Shown here piece after piece: positions 31,867-41,250 of a stretch of 56,981 nt of DNA. The stretch lies in contig JAZSHZ010000209.1 in assembly GCA_045533555.1 (NCBI GenBank), positions 1-56,981 on the forward strand, given 5' to 3'. The stretch's first letter is position 1. The number at the start of each line of letters is the position of its first letter. This stretch comes from Eubacteriales bacterium. GTDB taxonomy: Bacteria; Bacillota; Clostridia; Oscillospirales; JAAYXM01. Made by a program: the position numbers and the translations under genes. The notes under the pieces were generated by a model. That model worked only from the letters and a program-made list of their open reading frames with translations, was not told the DNA's origin and searched no databases.

Positions 31867-33354
31867 ATGAAAAAGTTTTTAACTCTTATCCTTGCAGGCA
31901 CAATGACACTCACCTTTGCATCAGCAGCATTTACCGATGTTCCCGAAAACCATTGGGCATATGGCGAAATCTCCGTTTGCGCAGAGAACGGACTTTTTGC
32001 CGATGAAGAAAGCTTTAATCCCTCATCGGTTATGACAAAGGGCGATGCAACGGCGCTTCTTTCCGCACAGTTTAAAGATGCGGATCTTTCCGCATTTTCC
32101 GCTGACAAAGCATCCGCTATCACAAGAGAAGAGGCGGCATATCTTTTCTCAAAGGCAAAGGGCTATGAAGATACATATCTTTATGTACTCGATAAATTCT
32201 CCGACAAGGCTTCCATATCCGATAAATATATAACGGAAGTGAGAGCCGCAGTTGCAAACGGTCTTATTTTAGGTCATAGTGACGATACCTTCCGCCCGAA
32301 GGAAAAGCTCACAAAGGCTGAATTTGCAGTTCTTCTTTATCGCGCGCTTTACGGTGAGGAAATTCTTGCGGAGAGAAGAGAAAAGGCTCAGGAATATATG
32401 CTCAAAACGACCACAATGCTCTGGAAACCCACAGAAGAAATTTTTTATACCACACAATCGAACGTGACACCCGCTGAAGCCAAGGAAAACGTTCAGTTCA
32501 CGCTTTATCCCGACAGAATTTACCACGGTGTTCCCTATAGCTATGCAGGCGGCACAGCCGAATCTTTCCTCGATTATGCAATCGAGCAGGACGAAAACGG
32601 TGTATATCTCATTGACGGACTCACATGGGAGAATATCAGCGGCGGAAGCGGCATTGGCAGAATCGGAAACGATTGCTCAAGCGCACTCCTTCAGTCATGG
32701 GGTCAGCTCGGCGAGACCTTCAACGCGACAACAACGGGATACCTCACCGAGAAATATGGCATTTATCCTGTCGGCGATTACAAGTCCGTTTATGATAAGT
32801 ATGAAGACACGGGCGAAATCGTCAAGGAAAACGGTGATCAGGCAATCTTCCGCGCATATTCTCTTATGAAGCCTGCTGACGGAGTTGTGAAACGTGCCAA
32901 TAACAGCGGTCACTGCAGAATGATAACAAAAGTCAACACAGTCTATCTCCCCAACGGAACGATTGACGGTGAAAACAGCATGATGACGATGATCGAGCAG
33001 ACAGTAGGCTCATTCAAGAAAGAACAGACATACTTTGATGAAAAGCTCGGTTGCGATGTCGAGAACAACGAAACCAATGAGGGAACGCTTACCTGCAATT
33101 GGATGATGGACAGCATCACACTTGAAATCTCCGCAAACGGAGAAGCGGTGCAGACGGCAACGGCATATGCCAGCCGCAAAAACGGCAAATATATGATATT
33201 TGAAATGCAGGAATTTGTCACTGTCAATCCCGTTCTTGTCCGCGGAAAAATTGCTCCCGAAGAACTTGCGGCGGGAAAATACAACTGCAAGGTAACGGTC
33301 AGACTCGTCACGGGAGAAAAAGTCGTCGTCAGGGATTTCGATTTTGAAATTTAA
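31867..33354 (+). CDS. Secreted SLH-domain protein with a C-terminal putative Cys/His (papain/NlpC-P60-like) hydrolase region (495 aa)
   Basis: Signal peptide MKKFLTLILAGTMTLTFASAA. SLH repeats FTDVPENHWAYGEISVCAENGLF and ...AVANGLILGHSDDTFRPKEKLTKAEFAVLLYRAL. Downstream are GNDCSSALLQSW (Cys codon 32674-32676) and NSGHCRMI (His codon 32911-32913). The hydrolase call is inference only. Confidence 0.75.
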   Translation: MKKFLTLILAGTMTLTFASAAFTDVPENHWAYGEISVCAENGLFADEESFNPSSVMTKGDATALLSAQFKDADLSAFSADKASAITREEAAYLFSKAKGYEDTYLYVLDKFSDKASISDKYITEVRAAVANGLILGHSDDTFRPKEKLTKAEFAVLLYRALYGEEILAERREKAQEYMLKTTTMLWKPTEEIFYTTQSNVTPAEAKENVQFTLYPDRIYHGVPYSYAGGTAESFLDYAIEQDENGVYLIDGLTWENISGGSGIGRIGNDCSSALLQSWGQLGETFNATTTGYLTEKYGIYPVGDYKSVYDKYEDTGEIVKENGDQAIFRAYSLMKPADGVVKRANNSGHCRMITKVNTVYLPNGTIDGENSMMTMIEQTVGSFKKEQTYFDEKLGCDVENNETNEGTLTCNWMMDSITLEISANGEAVQTATAYASRKNGKYMIFEMQEFVTVNPVLVRGKIAPEELAAGKYNCKVTVRLVTGEKVVVRDFDFEI

Positions 33355-33445
33355 CCGCAAAAGGCAAAAATCCGCGGCTACGGCGCAAACGGAAGCCTTA
33401 TCCCCGATGATGTTTTAAAAACCTTCCCGCTATATTGAATATTGC

Positions 33446-33482
33446 AAAAAGCTCTCTGATCATTTGATCGGAGAGCTTTTTT
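33446..33482. terminator. Bidirectional rho-independent terminator (SLH protein gene / giant C)
   Basis: About 16-bp stem aaaaagctctctgatc/gatcggagagcttttt (one G:U pair) with a 4-nt loop and flanking A and T runs. It directly abuts the stop of giant C (33484-33486). Confidence 0.8.
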
Positions 33483-33483
33483 G

Positions 33484-34220
33484 TTATTTTATGAAATCAA
33501 GAATCCTCTGAATCAGAACCGCGACTTCGGCGCGAGTTGTGTATGCCGTCGGGTCGATGAGACCGTTTTTGCCGTTTACGAGCTTTGCATTGACGAGAGC
33601 GGAAACTGCGTCTTTTGCATAGTCTGCTACCTTGTCATAATCGCTTGCCTGCGGGACGTCGAGGACGCCGTCCCCTACATTGATTTTTTCCATTCCCGCA
33701 AGTGCTCTGTAAACGATTACCATCATATCCTGACGTGTAATGTTGTTTCTCGGTGCGAACTTGTTCTCACCGATGCCGTTGACAAGGCCCTTGTTGGTGA
33801 CAACTGCAAGCTCTTTTGCGAAGTAGTCGGAAGAGGAAACATCCGCGAAGTTTTCTTCGCTCTCGGAAGCTAACTTGAATGCGCGGACAAGAAGTATTGC
33901 GAAGTCTGCGCGCGTTATGTTAGCTGCGGGTGAGAATGTGTTCTCGCTTGCTCTCTTTATGATTCCTTCATCTGCAAGAGCATTGATAGCGTCAGCCGCC
34001 CAATCGTGAGCACCGAGGTCGATGAAGCGGACGTTTTCGGCTCCCTCTCCGAGGGAGCTGTCGGCATCGCCGACTGAGGGAGTTTTATCCCCTGCATTGT
34101 CTGTGGAGGACGAAGTGTTGTCCTTCTCATCGTCCTTATCACTCGGTGTTGCGGGGATAGTCGGTGTTGTCGTGCCGGAGGATGTTCCTCCGCCACCGCC
34201 GCCTGCGCCACCCGTGGTTT
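33484..34220 (-). repeat. Dispersed SLH-anchor plus linker cassette, copy C
   Basis: See copy A for the counted alignment. The linker sequence is shared with copies B and D. Confidence 0.85.
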
Positions 34221-37200
34221 TACCATATACCTTGACAGTGAAGGTGATGCTGTTTTCTCTTCCTTCCGCATCCTTTGCGGTTATTACGAAGAGATTTTCG
34301 CCTACCTGGCTCGACTCGGGCTTCCATGTGATTCTGCCTGTTTCCCCGTCGATTATCGCGCCGCGCGGAACGTTCGTCGCAATATAGGTTATCTCATCGC
34401 TTACTTCGCTCGTCGCATTGATATCCATCGAGAATGCGCTCTGCGCAGTTGCGGAGATATCCTCTCCGACCACCTCGAAGCGCGGTGCGGAATCTTCGAC
34501 ATATGCAGTCGAAATCCTGAAGCTCTGACCCGGATTTATGTTATAGAAGAATCCGGCATCAAAATCATTCGCATCCTTATATTTTCTTATTGCTGAAACC
34601 GTTCCGATATCAAGCTCTATCTCGCCGCCTTCAAGCTTGGTTGCGCTTTCGATATAATATGCGCCGTTCTGCACCATATCATTATCGATGACTATCATCT
34701 TGCCTGCAAGCGTTGCGGCATCTACATCCTGATCCGGCTTGACGGTTATATAATTATCAAGCGAGAGATCACGCGAGAAATCCGAAACCTCACCTGTAAC
34801 GGTAGTTTCCGTTTTGTGAGCGCCGATTATATCACCGTCATTGAGATAGGTATAGACATTTGTTCCGTTTTCGATGCCATAGACTCCGACGAAGCCGCGG
34901 AAAACAATTTCCGTCTCGCCATCCGTCACGCGATAGGTGACTTTGTTGTTCGTCGCATACATGACATAATCGCATCTGCCCGATGCATATATGACCTTGA
35001 TTGCCTTTGCGGTGTCATTCTCGCCCTCATTTCCGTCAATCGGCTCAATTCCAACAGCTTCCATTCCCGAAAGCTTTCGGTTGTTTCTGTATGGCTCATA
35101 TACTGTTGTGAAGAGTGAATCGAGAGATTCTCCCTTTCTTCTTGCAAGGACATATTTGATACCTTTTTTATTAACCGCGACATTTGAGCCGTTTGTCGGC
35201 GGGTGACCCGTTGTGACGGAAACCTCATCGAGATCAAAATCATTGAGCATTGTCATTCGAAGATGAAGCCCCTTCTCATCATCTATGCGCTTTTTATAAT
35301 CCTTGATTTCAAAATCAATATCATATGCACCGACGGGAGCTTCCGCACGTCTCGTTTCCTTGAGCCATGTGTAACCCTTCGGATATACAGTGTCATAATA
35401 ATATTCCGCAGGTGAATTCGGGTCCTGACCGTAGGGCCAGTTCGGGTCTGCATATGAGCCCGGCTGTTCCTCACCGAGAGTGAGCGAGGTTTCGGAAATC
35501 GTGTCTCCCGCGACGTGGAATGAGAACAGATGATCATTTCCTCCGTCAACACGGAAGAAATCTACCATATAGCTGTCCTGCGCGTCTATATCGACGGTGA
35601 CGAGAGTTCTGCGATAGATATCGGTTTCCGCATATGCACCTGATGCATCGACATCAAGGAGCTTTACCTTGCCCGAATCGTCAAAGTGTTGCGGATAGCC
35701 GTGCTCGACGCCCGTCTGCGCTTTTTCATTGACGACGATCGTGTTGTGGGAAAGCGTATTGGAAACCCACTGAAGTCTCTGCGGCTGAGGACCTGTGTTA
35801 GACGGATAGCCGAGATCCGGCGTCATATTGAGGTCATAGCCCGTTATACCGATATTGAGCGCATCCTTGTGGCCGTGGCTTGCGATGCTTCTTCCAAAGT
35901 TCATATAAATACCGCGCTTGAAGTTCGAATTCTGAACGGTATCAAGCTTTCCACCGCTTCGAAGCATTCCGAAGCCATAACCCGGAAGAATTTCGGAGAA
36001 CCATGCAAGCTGCGGATCATAGAGCTCTTCAACCTCTTTCTCGAGGCTTTCCGGGTCCTTCGTCATGATATCATAACGGAGTCCCTTCGTCTCTTCGCCG
36101 CTTATGAGGTAGATATAGTTCGCGATTCTCTTTGCATTCTTCGTGTTTTTCAGATATTTGAATGCCGGTATGAAGTCTTCCGGCAATGCGCGGAAGCCGC
36201 CGTAGCCGAAACCGCCGCTGTCACCTACCTGAACAGATTCGTTCGAGGTTATCGCAACGGGCGGATATGACATAAACATCTGAACGAACTTTGTGTTTTC
36301 CCAGAGGTTGTATTTATCTTCAACCGGGTATCTTCCGAGAAGATCCGCGATGCTCATGAGGCGCTCGATCCAGACATAGTTATACTGCGGGCTTGCCTCA
36401 TTTCCCATACCGTCACGCGAGATGATATCGACAAGTGTTGACGAAACGCTTCCGCCTGTGAACTCCGTCTTTGTTTCAACACCGGTTTTGAAGACAAAAT
36501 CGAGCATTTCGTTTGTCTTCGGCTGAGAATCAAGCGCAACCGCCGCCATAGTGACGACATACTGATGCTGACCGAAGTTTCCGCCGATTTTTCTCGTTTT
36601 AACGCCGTCATATGCGGCATCGATTATTCCGGTCTCCCAATTGGACCAGATATCATATGCGCTTTCCTTCTTGTTTTCAAGCGAATGATTTTCCGCCTCC
36701 GCCGAAAGGAATTTTATGACCGATTCATCCGAGATTGCCGGATAGAATGCATCTGCGCATTCGGAGAAGAGCGTTGCCATAACGCAATCGTCAATACATC
36801 CCTGTGTCTTTCCGACGAAGTTTCCGCCGTCCGTTATAAAGAATCCTGCCTCAAGACCCGTGTAGGACGAAGAATCCATTTCGGGCCAGATATCCGCGAT
36901 TCTGTCAAGGATAATCGCGCCTGCTTTTCCGTATTTAATATCGCCCGTATAGACATATGCAGTCTTGAGGGCTTCGAGGATATCGCGGCGGGATTCCCAT
37001 GCCGAATAGTTGTAATATGCGATATACGGATGTCTTTCCTGCTTTCCGTTTGCATATTTATACTGATTTCCGTTTTCATCGCGCGGGATATAGCCCCAAC
37101 CGTCATCAACGCCCCATGTCTCGGTCTTTTCACCCGGTCGGAGACCACGGTTGTTGTTTATCGTGTCTGCAAGCTCGGGATAAAGGCTGTTTTTGAGATA

Positions 37201-40200
37201 TCCCGTTCCGTATGTTCCGCCATAGAGCTCTTCATGAACACTGAGAGCCCGGTCACGGTCAAAGAGTCCATGCTCATCAAGACCGAGATTATAGAAATTC
37301 TCGAAGTCGTTTGACGGGAAATTGCGCTTGCAGTTCGGGCACTGCACCTTCCACGGGCGGGCTATGATGTTCCAAGTGAACGCGCGCCCGTTTCCGCCGT
37401 TCGGGAATGTCGATACATCAACACCGCAATAGCGACAGATCATATATTCAGGGTCACCGTAGCCGCCGAGCTGACGCGAGGTCGGGAGGCCTTTTCCTGC
37501 TATTCCCGAATAGATCTTCTCGTAGGAATCGACATATTTATCAGCAAGCGCTTTTGCCGACTTGACCTCATTATATGCCCATTTATATTTTGCCGTATTC
37601 TCGATCGCAGTCTTTCGCATTTCATCCGTATAGACTGTTGCTTTGCTCTTTTTTGTGTTTGCGAGAAGGTTTATTTCCACAGCATCGACATTCCATCTTG
37701 CATTTTCATACCAGGTGCTTGCCGAAATCTTTATGCTTCCTTCCTTTTCTGCATAGACATAGCCGTTGCTGTCAATCGTTGCCGCGCCCGCGGGAATGCT
37801 CTCGGAGATTTCAAAGCGGACATCCGATGCGGGAATATCCTTTATAACTCCACTCATCATCTCGACCTTGAGCTTCACCTGTTTTTTATCCGAAACATAG
37901 ATTCCTGCGGGAGCATCGAAGAAGACGCGGCTGACTCCGCTCTCATCCAAAACTTCGATCGTTTCGCTTGCCGTATGGACTTCCGTTCCGTATTTTACGG
38001 TTACGGTAATCGTCACCTTTCCGTCACGAAGCGCCGTGACTGTTCCTTTTCTGCTTACGGTTGCAATATCGGTGTCGCTCGAAGAATATCTGATATCAAG
38101 CTCGGATGCGGGGATTTCCGTTCCGTCAAGAAGATATGCGTGTGCGGAGGATTCTGTTTCTCCACCTATGCCGATTTTCTTATTTTCGATTTTGAATTCA
38201 ACATATTTGAAAACATTGCTTCCGTCAAGCGTGAGGCTTCGGAGATTGACATATTCGCCGCCATGGCCGCGCGTTTTTTTCACCGCGAAGACATATTCTC
38301 CCGCCTCCGGGATTTCAACGATTCCGAGATCCTGATGCGCGGGAGTCCAATCAAGCGCATCCGCATCGAAGCATTCAACATTGCCGATGCTTTCGTTTTC
38401 GGCAATCGCCGCCTTAACATCGTTTGTCATCGGAAGAATATAGATATCTCCCGCTCCCGACGATGTATTGTATTTGTTCTTTTCGACGCTGACAAAATAT
38501 CTGCCTGCCGCAGGTATCTTTATCGTAAGTGCCGCAAACGTGTTTTCGGGAAGCCCGAAGCGAAGTCTTCCGTAAGGCTCGCCGCGATACATCCAGGCAA
38601 CATCGGAATACGGATTCGGGAAGGACGAGACATCCGTGCTGTGCCACTGCCACTTTCCGTCTGTGTAATTATATGTGATAGCTCTTATATCCTCGGTGCG
38701 CTTCGGCTCCTGAGTATACATAGGTGCATCCCAATCGGGAGTCATCGCAAGGAAATCATAACACTCCGATACTCCTGACGGAGCAAGCTGCGGCGCAGGC
38801 TCAACCGCAAAGGTTTTCTCAACCTTAAGAGTCTGATCGCCATAGGTGATATCGGCAGAAACCGTGAGGTCTCCCGATTTCAAAACCTTTACCGTTCCGT
38901 CTGCGCTGACGGTTGCAACATCGGGATTCTTTCCCTCATATACAACCGTTGCCGAGGACATATCGGCTGCGGAGAGATTTGCATCCGCAAGCTTTCCCGA
39001 AACGGAAAGCTTCTTGTTTCCCGTAAGTGCCATATCTGCAGAAAGGAGTGCGTAGTTCCCTCCCGTTCCTGCCGAGAGTTCAAGATTATGAACTCTTATA
39101 TTCTTTACATTTGGAGAGTGGAAAATGAGAGTATATTCGCCCTCTTCAAGTGCCTTTGTGCCAAGCTCGCCAAGCTGTGTGCCGTTGGCGTTACCCTTTG
39201 TGCAGTTGACGGACGTAAGAGCTCCCGTTCCATTTGCAATTGCCGATGTGATTGCATCATCCGTTGCCGCACCTTCGAGTATATATGTTCGAAGGTCGCT
39301 TTCAAAGCTTGAATGGACGCTGTAGCCGAGTGTAATCTTGTATACCGCGCTCTTCGGAACACGGAGATTTATCGCAAACCAGTTCTTATTCGTGCCAAAG
39401 TACGCGCGCAAACCAAGGTTGTATGCGTTTGCCGTTGTATAGCAATGGTTTACGGAAAGTCCGCTCGGTGCGGAAGCAAGCTTCCAGAGTCCGAATGTCT
39501 TATCATATGTATCAACAAGGTTTGTTGACTTGTGGGTTGCAAGGAATGTAAGCTCACCCGTTGTATAGGGGACATCTTCCGTGTAGTTCTTTATAAAGTC
39601 ATAATGAACTTTAATGTTTGATGTCTTTTCGATGACCTTGATGCTTGTTGAACTTTTATATACATTTCCGTTCCACGTTACGGTTGCAGTTATTTTTGCC
39701 TCACCGACCGAAACTGCCGTGATATATCCGTTTGAATCAACCGTTGCGACCGATTCATCAGAGCTTTCAAATGCTTTTTCATCGGGGTAGAGGACAGCCT
39801 CACCGCCATCGCTGTAGAAAAGCTTTACGTCTGCCTTTGCGCTTGTTTCTGCAGGAATTTCAGAAGCGCTGACAGATGCAACGGCACCCATAGGTGCAGT
39901 TCCGTTGCCGCCGTCGAGAACGATTTTTCCGATAGTTGTATACGTCCACTTCTCGGTTCCCTGAACAACGAGGAGATATTTTCCCGCGCTCGGGAATGTT
40001 ACATTTCCCGATGCGGTTTCGGTCTGCTTATAGTTATCCTCGCTGAAGAAGGAATTTTCGGAGAATCTGTTCTCTTCTGTGAGATTCGCTTCGATATCCG
40101 CGCTCTGCGCTTCATCAAGAATATAGAGATATGCCTTGTTTGCGCCCATCGTACGCTTGATGCATTCTACCGAAAGATTATAGCCTCCCGCCGCGGGAAC

Positions 40201-40497
40201 TTTGAGCTCTATGGCATACCAATCTCCCTCCGCGTGGTGGAATGCAAGCATACCCTTATGCGGATCTCCGTTTATTCTGAAATCACCATGGGCAGGCTCC
40301 CAGCCTGCCTTTCTTGAATGATAGCTGTAAAAGCTGTTTGTCAGTTCATATGTGATATCTGCAAGATTGACATTATATTCAAGACGCGAAGGGTCATAGA
40401 CAACCTTGACACCCGAAAGCACTGCGTCTTCAGCAAATACGGGCATGAAACCGACGAGCATTGCAATCGCAAGTATTGCGGATATAAGTCTTTTCAT
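33484..40497 (-). CDS. Giant SLH-anchored surface protein C (2,337 aa): signal peptide, three CBM-like modules, Big_2 repeats, Cys4 ribbon plus heparinase II/III-like core, He_PIG, 3x SLH
   Basis: Uninterrupted 7.0-kb ORF. SD AAGGAGG (40503-40509) lies in the 21-nt gap after giant D, implying co-transcription. Signal peptide MKRLISAILAIAMLVGFMPVFA. Core motifs YVYTGDIKYGKAGAIILDRIADIW and SIASHGHKDALNIGITGYDLNMTPDLGYPS...LSHNTIVVNE. SLH tail present. Confidence 0.95.
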   Translation of the reverse strand: MKRLISAILAIAMLVGFMPVFAEDAVLSGVKVVYDPSRLEYNVNLADITYELTNSFYSYHSRKAGWEPAHGDFRINGDPHKGMLAFHHAEGDWYAIELKVPAAGGYNLSVECIKRTMGANKAYLYILDEAQSADIEANLTEENRFSENSFFSEDNYKQTETASGNVTFPSAGKYLLVVQGTEKWTYTTIGKIVLDGGNGTAPMGAVASVSASEIPAETSAKADVKLFYSDGGEAVLYPDEKAFESSDESVATVDSNGYITAVSVGEAKITATVTWNGNVYKSSTSIKVIEKTSNIKVHYDFIKNYTEDVPYTTGELTFLATHKSTNLVDTYDKTFGLWKLASAPSGLSVNHCYTTANAYNLGLRAYFGTNKNWFAINLRVPKSAVYKITLGYSVHSSFESDLRTYILEGAATDDAITSAIANGTGALTSVNCTKGNANGTQLGELGTKALEEGEYTLIFHSPNVKNIRVHNLELSAGTGGNYALLSADMALTGNKKLSVSGKLADANLSAADMSSATVVYEGKNPDVATVSADGTVKVLKSGDLTVSADITYGDQTLKVEKTFAVEPAPQLAPSGVSECYDFLAMTPDWDAPMYTQEPKRTEDIRAITYNYTDGKWQWHSTDVSSFPNPYSDVAWMYRGEPYGRLRFGLPENTFAALTIKIPAAGRYFVSVEKNKYNTSSGAGDIYILPMTNDVKAAIAENESIGNVECFDADALDWTPAHQDLGIVEIPEAGEYVFAVKKTRGHGGEYVNLRSLTLDGSNVFKYVEFKIENKKIGIGGETESSAHAYLLDGTEIPASELDIRYSSSDTDIATVSRKGTVTALRDGKVTITVTVKYGTEVHTASETIEVLDESGVSRVFFDAPAGIYVSDKKQVKLKVEMMSGVIKDIPASDVRFEISESIPAGAATIDSNGYVYAEKEGSIKISASTWYENARWNVDAVEINLLANTKKSKATVYTDEMRKTAIENTAKYKWAYNEVKSAKALADKYVDSYEKIYSGIAGKGLPTSRQLGGYGDPEYMICRYCGVDVSTFPNGGNGRAFTWNIIARPWKVQCPNCKRNFPSNDFENFYNLGLDEHGLFDRDRALSVHEELYGGTYGTGYLKNSLYPELADTINNNRGLRPGEKTETWGVDDGWGYIPRDENGNQYKYANGKQERHPYIAYYNYSAWESRRDILEALKTAYVYTGDIKYGKAGAIILDRIADIWPEMDSSSYTGLEAGFFITDGGNFVGKTQGCIDDCVMATLFSECADAFYPAISDESVIKFLSAEAENHSLENKKESAYDIWSNWETGIIDAAYDGVKTRKIGGNFGQHQYVVTMAAVALDSQPKTNEMLDFVFKTGVETKTEFTGGSVSSTLVDIISRDGMGNEASPQYNYVWIERLMSIADLLGRYPVEDKYNLWENTKFVQMFMSYPPVAITSNESVQVGDSGGFGYGGFRALPEDFIPAFKYLKNTKNAKRIANYIYLISGEETKGLRYDIMTKDPESLEKEVEELYDPQLAWFSEILPGYGFGMLRSGGKLDTVQNSNFKRGIYMNFGRSIASHGHKDALNIGITGYDLNMTPDLGYPSNTGPQPQRLQWVSNTLSHNTIVVNEKAQTGVEHGYPQHFDDSGKVKLLDVDASGAYAETDIYRRTLVTVDIDAQDSYMVDFFRVDGGNDHLFSFHVAGDTISETSLTLGEEQPGSYADPNWPYGQDPNSPAEYYYDTVYPKGYTWLKETRRAEAPVGAYDIDFEIKDYKKRIDDEKGLHLRMTMLNDFDLDEVSVTTGHPPTNGSNVAVNKKGIKYVLARRKGESLDSLFTTVYEPYRNNRKLSGMEAVGIEPIDGNEGENDTAKAIKVIYASGRCDYVMYATNNKVTYRVTDGETEIVFRGFVGVYGIENGTNVYTYLNDGDIIGAHKTETTVTGEVSDFSRDLSLDNYITVKPDQDVDAATLAGKMIVIDNDMVQNGAYYIESATKLEGGEIELDIGTVSAIRKYKDANDFDAGFFYNINPGQSFRISTAYVEDSAPRFEVVGEDISATAQSAFSMDINATSEVSDEITYIATNVPRGAIIDGETGRITWKPESSQVGENLFVITAKDAEGRENSITFTVKVYGKTTGGAGGGGGGTSSGTTTPTIPATPSDKDDEKDNTSSSTDNAGDKTPSVGDADSSLGEGAENVRFIDLGAHDWAADAINALADEGIIKRASENTFSPAANITRADFAILLVRAFKLASESEENFADVSSSDYFAKELAVVTNKGLVNGIGENKFAPRNNITRQDMMVIVYRALAGMEKINVGDGVLDVPQASDYDKVADYAKDAVSALVNAKLVNGKNGLIDPTAYTTRAEVAVLIQRILDFIK
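35485..37650 (-). other. Heparinase II/III-like core of giant C, with Cys4 insert at 37330-37437
   Basis: Runs from KATVYTDEMRKTAIENTAKYKWAYNE to FFRVDGGNDHLFSFHVAGDTISE. H.H motif at 35869-35877. Confidence 0.7.
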
Positions 40498-40518
40498 ATT
40501 TGCCTCCTTGGGTTACCT

Positions 40519-41250
40519 TTATCTTATATATTCAAGAATCCGATGCAGAAGCACCGCCACCTCGGCGCGCGTTGTGTTTGCCGTCGGATCGATGAGACCG
40601 TTTTTACCGCTTATCAGCTTTGCATTGATAAGGGCCGCGACTGCGTCTTTTGCATAGTCTGCTACCTTGTCATAATCGCTTGCCTGAGGCACGTAGAGTA
40701 CGCGATCCCCTACATTGATTTTTTCCATTCCCGCAAGTGCTCTGTAAACGATCACCATCATATCCTGACGGGTGATGTTGTTTCTCGGTGCAAATTTGTT
40801 CTCACCGATGCCGTTGACAAGGCCCGTGTTTCTTGCAACTGCAAGCTCTTTTGCGAAGTAGTCGGAAGAGGAAACATCCGCGAAGTTTTCTTCGCGCTCG
40901 GAAGCTAACTTGAATGCGCGGACAAGGAGTATTGCGAAGTCTGCGCGCGTGATGTTAGCTGCGGGTGAGAACGTGTTCTCACTTGTTCCCTTTATGATTC
41001 CTCCGTCTGCAAGGGTGTTGATAGCGTCAGCCGCCCAAGCATGGTTTCCAAGGTCGATGAAGCGGGTGTTTCCGGCTCCCTCTCCGAGGGAGCTGTCGGC
41101 ATCGCCGACTGAGGGAGTTTTATCCCCTACATTGTCTGTAGAGGACGAAGTATTGTCCTTATCCTCCGGCTTTGTTGCGGGGATAGTCGGTGCGGTTGTT
41201 CCCGGTGTGGACGGCACACTTGCTCCGCCACCACCCCCGCCGGCTGTGGA
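40519..41250 (-). repeat. Dispersed SLH-anchor plus linker cassette, copy D
   Basis: Near-identical to copies B and C through the SLH repeats and linker. Same orientation as all other copies. Confidence 0.85.
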
